A DNA stretch of 64,000 nucleotides from Eledone cirrhosa. Taxonomy: Eukaryota. The stretch is taken from assembly GCA_964016885.1 (NCBI GenBank), contig OZ024762.1:10478001-10542000 (forward strand), read 5' to 3'. Each line of letters opens with the position of its first letter. The first letter of the stretch is position 1. Below, in pieces: positions 22,316 to 34,856 of this stretch. Made by a program: the position numbers and the translations under genes. The notes under the pieces were generated by a model, which made no database searches, was not told the origin of the DNA, and saw nothing but the letters and a program-made list of their open reading frames with translations.

Positions 22316-25300
22316 CATGCAGAAGGAAGGGGCTGGCAAAATGCTATAATGAGGTGTGTTGTCTCCTTTTCGGGTTTACCGGCTACATAGCCTATTCATA
22401 TATTTTTATCTCTATTTCAACAGCTGATAGTAACTGTAGCCCTAGGAAAGCAGCTAATTGTATGGAAAAGCTTATGGCTGCTATGGAGGTTTTAATGGGT
22501 TCTATAAATAGGTAAGTATATATTTATAAGAATCTCACCATTTCAGAAAAGAACTGATTAAATATCAAAGTAACACATTGAGTAGGGGATATTCATCTGC
22601 TATTTCTTCCTTCTTATATTATATTCACACAATAGCCCTTCGTCATGTGGTAATATTCTGTCCACCAGGGCCACAGGCTGGCCAGCGCGTGAGCCCTCAT
22701 TTGTTAATAATAGTCTTGCTCTGGGTCTACCCCTTTGGTCTCCTGTTGGTTGATTTTACCCATGAAATCTGTCCAGTGATTCTTTCCTGAGACATTCTAA
22801 CCACATGTCTGTTGTATTGGAGTTGTGATCTCTCAATTCAGAGATTCTTTCCTGAGACATTCTAACCACATGTCCATAGTATCAGAGCTGTGATCTCTCG
22901 ATTCAAAGATTCTCTACTAAGACATTCCAACCACATGCCCATAGTATTGGAGCTGTGATCTCTGAACCCAGAGGTTCTTTCCTGAGACATTCTAACCACA
23001 TGCCCATAGTATTGGAGCTGTGATCTCTGAACCCAGAGGTTCTTTCCTGAGACATTCTAACCACATGCCCATAGTATTGGAGCTGTGATCTCTGAACCCA
23101 GAGGTTCTTTCCTGAGACATTCTAACCACATGCCCATAGTATTGGAGCTGTGATCTCTCAACCCAGAGGTTCTTTCCTGAGACGTTATAACCACATGCCC
23201 ATAGTATTGGAGCTGTGATCTCTGAACCCAGAGATTCTTTCCTGAGACATTCTAAACACATGCCCATAGTATCAGAGCTGTGATCTCTCAATTCAGAGAT
23301 TCTTTCCTGAGATATTCTAACCACATGTCTGTAGTATCAGAGCTGTGATCTCTCAAATCAAAGATTCTTTCCTGAGATATTCTAACCACATGTTCATAGT
23401 ATCAGAGCTGTGATCTCTTGATTCAAAGATTCTTTCCTAAGACATTCTAATCACATTACTATATTATCATTGTTGTAATCTCTCAATTCAGAGATTCTTT
23501 CCTGAGATATTCTAAGCACATTCCCATAGTGTTGGAGCTGTGATCTCTGAACACAGAGATACTTTCCTGGGACATTATAAGCACATGCCCCCCATAGTAT
23601 CAGAGCTGTGATCTCTCAACCCAGAGGTTCTTTCCTGAGACATTATAACCACATGCCCATAGTATTGGAGCTGTGATCTCTCAACCCAGAGGTTCTTTCC
23701 TGGGACATTATAACCACATGCCCATAGTATTGGAGCTGTGATCTCTCAACCCAGAGATTCTTTCCTGAGACATTATAACCAGATGCCAATATTACTGGAG
23801 CTGTGATGGCCCTAGCTGGAACAATTCCTTGACCTCAGCTACACACTCTGTTGAGTAACATTACTTCAAGACCCTTCTTCTTTGCCCACTTATTCCTTGG
23901 AGGGCCGTGGGAGGACAGAGTCCTAAAGCACTCCTTCCAGCGGGTCCAGTCAGAAGCCACTATTTCCAACTGATCCCCAAGCATGACCAACCAAGCTCAT
24001 CGATGTTATCCAACCATCTTGCTCAGGGTGGGTCTACTCCTGGGTCTCCTGTCGGTTGCTTTTGCCACAATTTAAGAAAAAATTTAAAATATATATTTCT
24101 GATCTTTTACAGTCAAATAGACGCCGCGGTAGGCTGCTTCACACCTACCAAATGTCTTGATGTGGAAGATATCCCAACATCAGATAAAAATATCTGTAGT
24201 AAGTCTTCTTCTTTATATTAATCAATGTTGGGTGTCGGACAACATGCTTTGTGGCATATAGTTAGGACCCTTTACGTTCTGAGTTCAAATCCCGCTGAGG
24301 GTAGCTTTGCCATTCATCTTTATGGGTTTGATAAAATAAAGTACCAGTAATGCACTGGGGTTGATTTAATTGACTTTGCCTTCCCCTTCCATTGCTGGCC
24401 TTGTGCCTAAAGTACAAACCATTATTGTTATTATTATTGCTCAAAATTTGTCAACATTACAACACTAACTCGGTGGAATGGCAGTATCGGTAGAGAGTCA
24501 GACGCCATGCTTTGCAGCACAGAGTTACGGCCCTTTATGATCCGAGTTCAAATCCCGCCGAGGTTAACTTTGCCTTTCATCCTTACGGGGTCGATAAAAT
24601 AAAGTACCAGTAATACACTGGGGTAATTGCTGGCCTTAAGCCAAAAGTGGAGACAATAATAACACTAACTCACGATATATATTTTAATGTTAACCTTAGG
24701 AATAGGCCATGACATAAACATATTTGAAACAGCCTGTAATACCAGGGGCAATGGAAACATTTCTAGATTAAGGGCTGAGAGGGGGGGGGGGGGGGCAAAT
24801 TTGGTAAATTTAGTTGTAGTGATTCGTTTAGCTCTTTTCACTCTAAAATGGTGAGAAAATGCAATTTGAGTCCAAGCAGTTTTCAATAATTTTAAAATGA
24901 CTAGCAGAAAACCACCCCTAAATATAATATAATTATTAGTGTGGTTCCACTTGCCCTAAATATAATATAATTATTAAGAGGCTCCACTGGCCCTAAATAT
25001 AATATAATTATTGGGAAGTTCCACCACCCCTAAATATAATATAATTATTGGGAAGTTCCACCACCCCTAAATATTATATAATTATTGGGAGTTCCACCAC
25101 CCCTAAATATAATATAATTATTGGGAGTTCCACCACCCCTAAATATAATATAATTATTGGGAAGTTCCACCACCCCTAAATATTATATAATTATTGGGAG
25201 TTCAACCACCCCTAAATATAATATAATTATTGGGAAGTTCCACCACCCCTAAATATAATATAATTATTGGGAAGTTCCACCACCCCTAAATATTATATAA

Positions 25301-26040
25301 TTATTGGGAGTTCCACCACCCCTAAATATAATATAATTATTGGGAGTTCCACCACCCCTAAATATAATATAATTATTGGGAAGTTCCACCACCCCTAAAT
25401 ATTATATAATTATTGGGAGTTCAACCACCCCTAAATATAATATAATTATTGGGACGTTCCACCACCCCTAAATATAATATAATTATTGGGAAGTTCCACC
25501 ACCCCTAAATATAATATAATTATTGGGAGTTCCACCACCCCTAAATATTATATAATTATTGGCAGGGTTCCACCACCCCTAAATATAATATAATTATTGG
25601 CAGGGTTCCACTAGCCCTAAATATAAACTATAATATCAATATGCACACTACACATGCCACCGAAGGGTGGTTTTTCTGCTAGTGTAATATAATTATTGAG
25701 AGGTTACACCACTCCTAAATATGATAAAATTATTGGGGTCTTCCACTGCCGTTAAACCTTGGGAACAGGCCATGATATCAAATATCTTTAAACCCTTTAG
25801 CATTTAAACTGGCCATATCCGACTGCAGCAAGCCACTTATACTGATGTTATGGTATTGTTCTGAAAATAAATATCAAAATCTCATAGATTCGATATTATG
25901 TGAGATAAATATATAAGATAAATCCTTTACCGTGAAAATATAATAGTAAATATAGAGTAATGTAAATGCTAATGGGTTAAACAGCCTCTATTATTAATGC
26001 TATCTTCTTTATTTCAGTTCCTTTGAATTCAACCGTGTAA
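15327..26040 (+). CDS. Gene B: secreted 11-Cys protein, 136 aa; join(15327-15366,16647-16743,21264-21340,22424-22511,24113-24198,26018-26040)
   Basis: GT-AG introns with phases 1/2/1/2/1. Translation: [17 protein letters not shown]|[125 protein letters not shown] at ~26122. Confidence 0.9.
16647..16743 (+). CDS. Gene B exon 2
   Basis: tttcag|...TGCAG|gtaaag; 97 nt; 3 Cys. Confidence 0.88.
17156..17471. repeat. Inverted repeat with ~120-bp arms (Penelope pLTR-like)
   Basis: 17156-17277 is the reverse complement of 17347-17471 and contains ctgatga on the minus strand. Confidence 0.8.
17685..18335 (-). mobile_element. 5'-truncated RTE LINE (same family as 45433-47975)
   Basis: [22 protein letters not shown]...GRPRKTW plus 3' UTR and (GAT)n tail; near-identical to 47222-47975. 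Confidence 0.92.
18740..19140 (+). mobile_element. Penelope-like element 3' fragment (GIY-YIG endonuclease)
   Basis: [16 protein letters not shown]...[17 protein letters not shown]. An inverted hammerhead-like motif (ctgaaga...gaaa) abuts the 5' side. Confidence 0.85.
19190..19880. repeat. (TA)n-CATTCTGTC minisatellite
   Basis: About 30 units of 20-25 bp. Confidence 0.95.
19982..20326 (+). mobile_element. CRE-clade non-LTR retrotransposon C-terminal fragment with an internal triplication
   Basis: [17 protein letters not shown]...[23 protein letters not shown], resembling the CRE RLE-domain end; the ccttactgaggtgtcaggtg segment is repeated three times. Confidence 0.65.
21264..21340 (+). CDS. 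Gene B exon 3
   Basis: ctttacag|...TGTA|gtaagt; 77 nt; 3 Cys. Confidence 0.88.
21724..21846. repeat. Hairpin/inverted repeat with ~55-bp arms
   Basis: tagaaatagtaacacaac...gttgtgttactatttcta. Confidence 0.85.
22424..22511 (+). CDS. Gene B exon 4
   Basis: tcaacag|...ATAG|gtaagt; 88 nt; 2 Cys. Confidence 0.88.
22782..23810 (-). repeat. 65-bp RTE-derived minisatellite (~16 copies; ~21 copies in the duplicate at 48978-50330)
   Basis: The reverse strand encodes [18 protein letters not shown]. Confidence 0.9.
24113..24198 (+). CDS. Gene B exon 5
   Basis: ttttacag|...TGTA|gtaagt; 86 nt; 3 Cys. Confidence 0.88.
24900..25683. mobile_element. MITE/HINE-like element with 19-bp inverted termini and an internal 37/38-bp VNTR (duplicate at 51423-51805)
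   Basis: actagcagaaaaccaccc ... gggtggtttttctgctagt enclosing (ccaccacccctaaatataatataattattgggaagtt)n. Confidence 0.7.
26018..26040 (+). CDS. Gene B exon 6 (terminal)
   Basis: ctttatttcag|TT CCT TTG AAT TCA ACC GTG TAA; polyA signal downstream. Confidence 0.75.
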
Positions 26041-26334
26041 AGAAACTGCTACAATTGAACATTTTGACTTCCCAATGACTCTTAACATTCTTACCACTGA
26101 GAAACGCTTCACCTTTTTCTAAATAAACCAAAAGACTTTCTTGCAAATTATTCAGTTGTTTTGAGTTTTATATTTTATTTTTATATATATTCCTACATTG
26201 TTCTGTGTCATTATATATATGTGTGTGTGTATATATACATATATATATGTGTATATATATATATATATATGTGTGTATATATATATATGTATAAATATAT
26301 GTATATATATACATATATATATATAGGATTTCGC

Positions 26335-26525
26335 TTCAAGCATAGCTACGGCTTCCTAAATGTTCTTGTAAACATACCGTGTTTCTTTAGAAATTTTTGT
26401 TATGTTTTTGTCGGTGTTTTTGCATTTCACTAGGTGTTTCTTAAATGAGGAAACGTTAGTATTGAGGTGTTCTTTTATTCTTATGTGGAGTGGTCTGGTG
26501 GTGCTACCTACGTAGAAGTTGCTGC
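26335..26525 (-). mobile_element. Penelope GIY-YIG fragment (duplicate at 52457-52647)
   Basis: [20 protein letters not shown]. Confidence 0.75.
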
Positions 26526-26603
26526 ATATATATGTATATATATATATATATATATATACATATATATCTATGTATATATATATATGCATATATATGTATG
26601 TGT

Positions 26604-26635
<32 letters not shown>

Positions 26636-26682
26636 GCATATATATGTATGTGTATATATATGTATATATATATATATGTATA

Positions 26683-26747
<65 letters not shown>

Positions 26748-28651
26748 CTATATATCTATATATATCATCATCGTTTAACGTCTATCTTCCACACTAGCAT
26801 GGGTTAGATGGGTTTGTCCTATTTAGAGGCAAGCTGGGTTGGGTGACCGTGACTCACTCATATAGGGCTGTTTTCTAAGGCTGGATACCCTTCCTAACGC
26901 CAACCACATTTGCAGTGTGGACTGGCTGTTTTTTACCATGTCACCTACACAACCTCTTTACAGTGTGGACTGGGTGCTTTTTGCCATGTCTCCTACACGA
27001 CCTCTTTACAGTGTGGACTGGGTGCTTTTGTCCATGTCTCCTACACGTCCTCTTTACAGTGTGGACTGGGTGCTTTTTGCAATGTCTCCTACATGACCAC
27101 TTTCCCATTGAAAATATCTCTATGTTAATTCAGAAAAAATGGTAAATCTGATGTAAATGGAATTAAAAATAAGAGATTGATGCAAACAAAAATGTTGAAA
27201 CCAGGTTATGTGGCAATGACCTCCTAGAGGGGTATTGTGGAATTAAGTATTGCCTGGTACTTGTGTCAAGTAACAATGATCCGGGGAGGGGCTATGAACG
27301 ACAGCTGTAATAACATCAACAACAAATATCCAACAGTAGTGACAGCTTTCCCACCACCACCAAATAAATAGACAGATAGATAAATATTAAATAGATGAGT
27401 CCATTCGTTATGTCAATTATAGTACAGATAATATTGGAAATAGTGTAATAATAATAATAAAATATATATATATATATATATTTATGCAATCAAAAGGTTG
27501 TGAGTGCAATTCTCAGACCGAGTGATGTGTTGTTTCCTTGAGCAAGACACTTTATTTCACGTTGCTCCAGTTTACTCAGCTGTAGAAATGAGATGATAGG
27601 GCTGGGATCCCTATCATTCCACTGTAAAGTGGTCGTGGGGGTGCCACGGCAAAAAAAAGGCACCCAGCCCACACCGTAAAGTGGTCGTGGAGGTGCCACA
27701 GAAAAAAAAGGACCCAGCACTCACTGTAAATGAGGTTGGTGTTAGGAAGGGCATCCAGCTGTAGAAATCATGCCAGAATCGGTTCCCGTCCCAGCCTTGC
27801 AAGCAGGGAAAAGCGGACGTAAAATAATGATGATGATGATGATGATATATAAACAAAATTAGCTCAAATATCGAATCTTGAAATGTGAGTGTATTAGAAT
27901 TTGTAGTACAATGGAAAAGCTTGGCGTAAGGAAGCTGTTAAAACAGCAAAATATTGTTGATGTAGCGTTGGGTAAAACATTACCTCGAGGGACAGAGATC
28001 AGCGACTCGATTCAAGTTGAATCGAAGAAATGATAGGAAGGAAGAAATAGAATGGATGAGAATAGGTGACAAATATTAAAATATGTTCATCAGATCTCAG
28101 CCACTGCAGTTTACACACATACATGTTCCCCACCAAGGCACAAGTCTGGTCAAGGTGTGTTTGTGGAAGACCAACAGTCACCCATGTATACCAGTCTCCT
28201 CTCTCCATGCCACCAATGTTGTCCAAAGGAAAGGCAATGGCTGATACAACTTGGAACCAGTGATGCCACAACTCATATATACACTCTATATATACATCAT
28301 GTAAAGTATATATAGACTATGTACATTATCATCATCATCGTTTAACGTCCATCTTCCACGCTAGCATTGGTTGAACGGTTTTGTCCCGCTTGAGGCGAGA
28401 TTGGTCGGGAGACCGTGTCTCGCTCATACAGAACTGTCTCTGGCAAGTTTCCTAAGGCTGGAAGTACTTCCTAACATCAACCATATTTACAGTGTGGACT
28501 GGGAGCCTTTTTACTGTGTCTCCTACACATTATATATACACTATGTACATTATATATACACTATGTACAGTATATATATACTATGTACTGTATATATACA
28601 CGATGTACAGTATATATACACTATGTACAGTATATATATACTATGTACATA

Positions 28652-29900
28652 ATACTTAGCTTTTGTTGACCTAGAGAAAGCCTTTGATAGTGTACCCCAA
28701 TCTGTCATCTGGTGATCCCTAAGGAAACTAGGTGTTGAGGAATGGCTTGTGAGGACAGTGCAAGCTTTGTACAGAGGTGCTGTCTGTAAAGTGAGGGTAG
28801 GAATGGAGTTTAGTGAGGAATTCCAGATACAAGGAAGAGTCCATCAGAGTTCGGTCCTCAGCCCGCTCTTGTTCATTCTAGTCCTCCAAGCCATAACAGA
28901 GGAGTTTAAGACTAGCTGCCCATGGGAACTTCTCTATACTGACAATCTGGTTTTTATAGCAGAATCAGTAGAGGAGCTAGAGAATAAATTCTGGCTATGG
29001 AAACAGCAGTTGGACTTAAGAGGACTGAGAGTGAACCTAGCTAAAACAAAAGTGTTGATAAGTAGAAAAAAGGACAAAACTCTGATGGCCATGTTCGATA
29101 TGCAGAAAAGGAATTGGCATACATTCTATAAAATGTACACAATGCAGATCTTGGGTACACACGAGATGTAGTGGGATAGCAGGCAAACTACCAGGTAGGG
29201 AAAACTACGTATGCAGTAGATGTACAGGGAAATTTGACAGTAGAAGTCGCATTGATAGACACATTTTTCAAATGCAAGTAGGTTCTATAAAAGTGGTTGA
29301 TAGCTTCAGTACCTAGGTGATCAGATTAGTATGGGAGAGGGGGGGGGTGTTCCGAGGCCATAGTATCTAGAATAAGGACAGGCTGGAAGAAGTTTAGGGA
29401 GCTGCTTCCTCTGGTGACAAAGAAGGGTTTCTCCCTGCATACAAAAGGTTGGTTGTTTGATGCCTGTGTGAGATGCACAATGTTGCATGGTAGTGAGACA
29501 TGGGCAGCAACTGCAGAGGATATGCGAAGGCTGAAGAGAAATGAAGCAAGCATGCTCCATTGGATGTGCAATGTCAATGTGAGTGAAAGACCAAGTATGG
29601 ACGAGTTGAGAGTGAAACTCTATAAGAAGGATAAACTGCAGTGTGCGGGAGAAAAGACTGCGTTGGTATGGCCATGCGATGCGTATGCAGGATTACCGCA
29701 GGGTGAAGAAGTGCCAAGTAATCCCAGTGGGAGGAATATGCAGTAGAGGAAGACCAAGGAAGATATGGGCAGAGGTAGTGAGAGCTGACCTCAGATCGTT
29801 GAAGCTCAGAGGAGATGATGAAGGAGAGATGCTGCGCTGAAGAGGATCTGTCCCACCCTTATAAGCAGGGAAAGGTGGATGTATAATGATGATGATATAT
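28652..29900 (+). mobile_element. Decayed RTE LINE (RT and C-terminus)
   Basis: LAFVDLEKAFD, VHQSSVLSPLLF, ELLYTDN, MLHGSETW, RLRWYGH, GRPRKIW; stops and frameshifts present. Confidence 0.92.
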
Positions 29901-31169
29901 ATATATATGTCCCACCCTTGCAAGCAGGGAAAAGCAGACGTAAAATGAAAATGATGATATATATATAGATAGATAGATAAATATGTATATATATATATAT
30001 ATATTTATACTTATACGTCATGGTGGCTACAGGTGCCAATAGGAAGAAACCGGACAATCCTCTGATATTTGTTTATCTTCCTTTCCTTCGTGGGCCGCGG
30101 TACCCGGGTTTGTGGCCGAAGCGACCAAGTTGAAATCGGCCACTGGTGGTTGATATCACCAGGTTAGGAAACCCTGGTTTAGTCGCTCCAGTTATTACTT
30201 CGTTAGACATAGTCCGTAATTGAAATTAAAGCCTAAAGGTGTACTAAAGCCACAAACGTTTTTCTATCTATGAATTATTAGTGGTGTAAACAGATGAATT
30301 AAAGTCAAAGTTAACAAATATATCACCAAGAAGAATATCTAAGGATTTCCAAAGTGTAAAGTCAGCTCAAGCCTGGAGACTTATCAAGCAGGTGCCTGTC
30401 CCAGTTCCTGTAGCGTAAAGGGACTGAGAGTACATGACTTCCCCCTGGACATGATGTCAGTCGATCGCAGGGTTAACCCCCCACCTATGTGAAATGAAGT
30501 TTTTGCTCAAGTAAAACAACTAACAACACAGTTCAGGAATCGAATACACATATGATCGTAAGACCACGGGCCTCCACTATCGAAGGATCTACCCTTCATT
30601 AAAGAATACATTAGACTTATGCTTACGTCGCCGACATAATTATGGTTGGTCGGAAAGGACATTACTGAAAATAAAGAATGAACAACTAAAGGAAGACAAC
30701 AGAAACGGTCCCTCCTATCTGAAATATTAAGGAAGGAATCTACACAGGAGGGCCCATCTTCCTACCAAAAGAATTATTTTAACAAGCCTACATCCTACTG
30801 AGCCCAAGAAAGGGGCCTCATAACTAGAACAGGCCTCATTTGTCCTAAATACGGAGCTGACTTTACATATAATTATATATATGCATATGTATATATATAT
30901 AGTATGTGTGTGTGTATGAAGATGTATGACCCCTAGCAAACCAAACTACAGTTACTCCCCAACATGGAGAGCAAATTAAAACATTACCTGTTAGAGACGA
31001 ACGTGAAATGATTTGTGAGTGAACTACCGGTGTAACAGTAATTATGTTACCGGTGTAACTATTTCTGTTTACCTTATTTTTAAATCACACTCCTATATTA
31101 GTTTAGTGACCTTTCAATTCAAATAAATTCTTGATGATGAGTGAACTCGCATCGGAGTAGCCCAACGCC

Positions 31170-31545
31170 TTGGCCTCCGCGTGTGTGAGCCACATAAATG
31201 CTCTCAACGACATAATGAGAAGAAGCCTGGACGCAGCTGACTTTCCATCTCAACAGGAGCCAGCAGGCCTAGGCCGCGGAGATGGCAAGCACCCCGAGGG
31301 AATCACCCTCTTCCCATTCGAAGGAGGTAGATCCACAAACCCCGGCATCGCTGCCCGTCTCGCAGATAAACAAATTCCGGTGTTTGTCCTGGCGCTTCTT
31401 CTACGCACCAGCCGCCGTCGAGACCCCAGGCCTACTTGGACCCATTACAGCTGAGCTCCTCCGCAACATCGGAGTGTCTGTGGCCCGTCTGAGGATGGAG
31501 TCCCACAAGGTTGGATGCCTGTTGCAGCAGGTGTCACTGCCCTTA
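31170..31545 (+). mobile_element. CRE-clade retrotransposon RLE fragment
   Basis: HINALNDIMRRSL...EPAGLGRGDGKHPEGITLFPF...AVETPGLLGP (DGKRPDG-like motif). Confidence 0.7.
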
Positions 31546-31760
31546 CATATATATACGTAAATGTTCCCTTGACTGCTATTTCTAGCATATATTAATAGAC
31601 ACTTTAGAAACAGAAGCTAAAAATCTGGAAACAACAGTGTGTGTCTGTATATATATACACAGAGAGAAAGAGAGAGATATAGAGAGAGCAGCCAAAGACA
31701 CACACTCATACACATAGGTGTATGTCTGCATGTATGTATATATATGTGTGTCTGTGCGTC

Positions 31761-31796
<36 letters not shown>

Positions 31797-31812
31797 TTAT
31801 TTATATTTATAT

Positions 31813-32997
31813 CAGTGATCCCCAACCTTTAATTAAACAAACCTGCTATGTAGCGATGATCAAATTAAACACCAAAATGTAAACAAACAGCCCATAGGTG
31901 CTGCCGGATACACGATAACATGTGTAGACGAAGTAAAACTTTTATTACTGTAATATAAAGTAGAAACCCCTTATTTAAACAAAGCTGCGATGCAGCGATG
32001 ATCAAAACAAACCTCAAAATGTCAACAAACTTCTCGTAGGTGCTGTCAGATACACGATAACATGTGTATCTGGAAGTTTGGTCGTATTATATCACTTTCA
32101 AATTGACCCCTATTATATTCAAATTATCCCCTGTGGGGCGTGCACCCCACGTTGAGAATCCCTCATAAATAAATATATGTGAGTGTGTTGCTATGACTGC
32201 TATTTCTAGCAGGTTTACTGCAGTCCTGTAGACGCACAACAAAAACCGGAAGTGGCAGCCATTAAAAAACTTTGGCTTAAAATCAGGCAAAAGTTTTTTA
32301 ACAATTTGCCAAGAAAGATAACTCTTGTCTTACTTAATCGCAAAAATCGAGGCAAAAATTTTGCGGGTGTGCAGTTTGTTTGGTGTATTTGACTGCTATT
32401 TCTAGCATGTATAGACACTTTAGAAATAGCAGCGAAACACGGGAAACATCAGAAAGAAGGACACACACATTTTTGTCTCGATTTTTGCGATTAAGTAAGA
32501 CAAGAGTTATCTTTCTTGGCAAAAACACCCTGGTTTGTTTACATTAAATTTTCTATTGTTTAAAAACTTTTGCCTGATTTTAAGTCAAAGTTTTTTAATG
32601 GCTGCCACTTCCTGTTTTTGGTGTGCGTCTACAGGACTGCAGAAAACCTGCTAGAAATAGCAGCCATAGCAACACACTCACATATATTTATTCATGAGGG
32701 ATTCTCAACGTGGGGTGCACGCCCCACAGGGGATAATTTGAAAGTGATATAATACGACCCAACTCCCTGTTACACTTCGTCTACAGATGTTATCGTGTAT
32801 CTGGCAGCACCTGCGAGAAGTTTGTTGACATTTTGATCATCGCTGCATCGCAGCTTTGTTTAAATAAAGGGTTTCTACTTTATATTACAGTAATAACACT
32901 TTTACAAGACTCGGATTGTTTTTATATTAAAGGGGGTACATAAACATATTTTAAATGTCGAGGTGGGGCATGGTGCAGAGAAGGTTTTAAACCACTG
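31813..32997. mobile_element. Foldback/hAT-like element with ~420-bp internal inverted arms
   Basis: 31943-32360 is the reverse complement of 32469-32897. Ends are cagtgatccccaacc / ggttttaaaccactg, with flanks atttatat / atatatat. Confidence 0.65.
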
Positions 32998-34856
32998 ATA
33001 TATATTTATTTATGCCCTTCTTTCTGTTGTTTTTTAAACTCTGAACTCAGCACCTTTCTGTTGTTCTCCGGGATTCTAGCAAAGTATAATAATATATATA
33101 CATATATATATATATATCTGGTAGTCAACCTCAGACTCGAAAAAGCCGCCGCTAGTCGTGATCGTTGGGGTTATAATTAGACTAAAGTGCTTCCACATTG
33201 CACCATTAGCTGGTTGTGATCATTGGAGAATTTCTTTCTGCGCTGAAAGAGCCTAGGACTAAAAGATATAAATATATATAGATGTCGAAACGGCAGTAGC
33301 ACAGCCGTTGGGGTCCTGAATATTTTCACATCTATATATGCGTGTGTATTCTGCGACATTTATAATTACATAAGCAAGCATATTTGAATAACAAAATTTG
33401 AGGTTTAAATACTTTATTTTTTACCAATAACATAGAGAAAGGCATGAACAACACCACATGTTAATTACTTTAATATTGAAAGTAGGCTTATAAATATTAA
33501 AAAAGCAGATTTTTGTATCTTTCATGGTGGTCTGGTGGGTGATACCAGAGATGGTGGTAGTCCTGGTTTCGATTTCAATCCTAGTCATGGGTTACATATA
33601 AGATTTCAATTTTTTTGACTGGGGTGAAGTGTCTGTCGGTAGAGATCTCAACTCTCACCATACGAAATATATTCAGAAAGAGATATTTCTCCACGCCCTC
33701 AGTTATCTCGTCTTCATTCCGTTTCTATATATATATTTTTTTAATAAATAAAGTTCTAACTATAAGTACGACTAATTTACTCAGTAGAGTTGCGCTCTGT
33801 GCATGGCGCTGCACGTAACGTTTCGCGCTTCGCTGTCGTACTTCGGTATGGCATAATCATTCTATGTGTCTGAAGATCGAATCGTTGCGGCGGCAGCCCC
33901 GCTCTATGCTGGCCGGCGTCCCCGCCTCGCATTGAATTTTTACTAAAAAATTCGCCGTTTGAATTACTTGCCCCTGATTGGAACTCTTCTCGTTTGTTGT
34001 CATTCTTCTTTATTGAATTAAACTGTTAACATCGTTTGGATTTACTCGTGTAATTTGATAGAATCAGTCTGGATATTATACTAATGGTGAGAGGTATGTA
34101 ATGTTTTATTTACCGTATATACACTCACAGACATACATTATTCTATATGCCTTTCATCCTTATGGGGTCGATAAAATAAAGTACCAGTAATGCACTGGAT
34201 AATTGCTGGCCTTGTGCCAAAAGTAGAAACAATTATTCTATATACAGAAAGATTCTAGAGACGTACATATTGTTTTATTTAAACCTAAATACACACACAA
34301 AACTAGATTTATATATTTATAAATGTTCTTTAGCTGAGGTAAAATACCCTCTAATTTACCTATACGAACGCTTTATTTGCCATGTATATTTTAATTCATT
34401 GCTAAACACTCGAAAATACAGTCTTAGATATATATTAACATTCTTTAGTGATTGCATTCACCTCTATAATCCATACACTGGAAGAAACGTTTCCTATCTA
34501 GATCAATATACACATATAAAGCTACATTTATATATACACCTTCATTCTTCTAAAGAGGTATGTAATGTTTTAGTTGTCCCTTAAATTCATCGATAAACAC
34601 GTAGTTATTCCTGAGACACAAGAATATATTCCACTATCCTTCATATACAGGAGGAATGTTAGAGACGTATATGTATAATATAACCGTCTTTTTACTAAGA
34701 ATAATAACTAAAACCCCTTCATACTCAGGAAAACTAAACATTATATCTACATACACCGCCTTCTGTCTTATTCATAGTGGTACATTGTTAGAAGTAACTA
34801 ACTAAGCCTTCTCTCGAAACTATCATTGCATATTTTAAAATCCACTTCTTCATATA

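Larger units (their letters stand above)
21850..28650 (+). repeat. Segmental duplication copy 1 (copy 2 at ~48125-54700)
   Basis: Near-identical unique sequence, SINEs and exons 4-6; differs mainly in tandem-repeat copy number. Confidence 0.95.

Noticed and set aside
23907-24221. 104-aa single-exon ORF (also 50429..50743)
   Set aside because: Only 24113-24198 is bounded by splice sites and homologous to the paralogues; the rest is intron or TE remnant.
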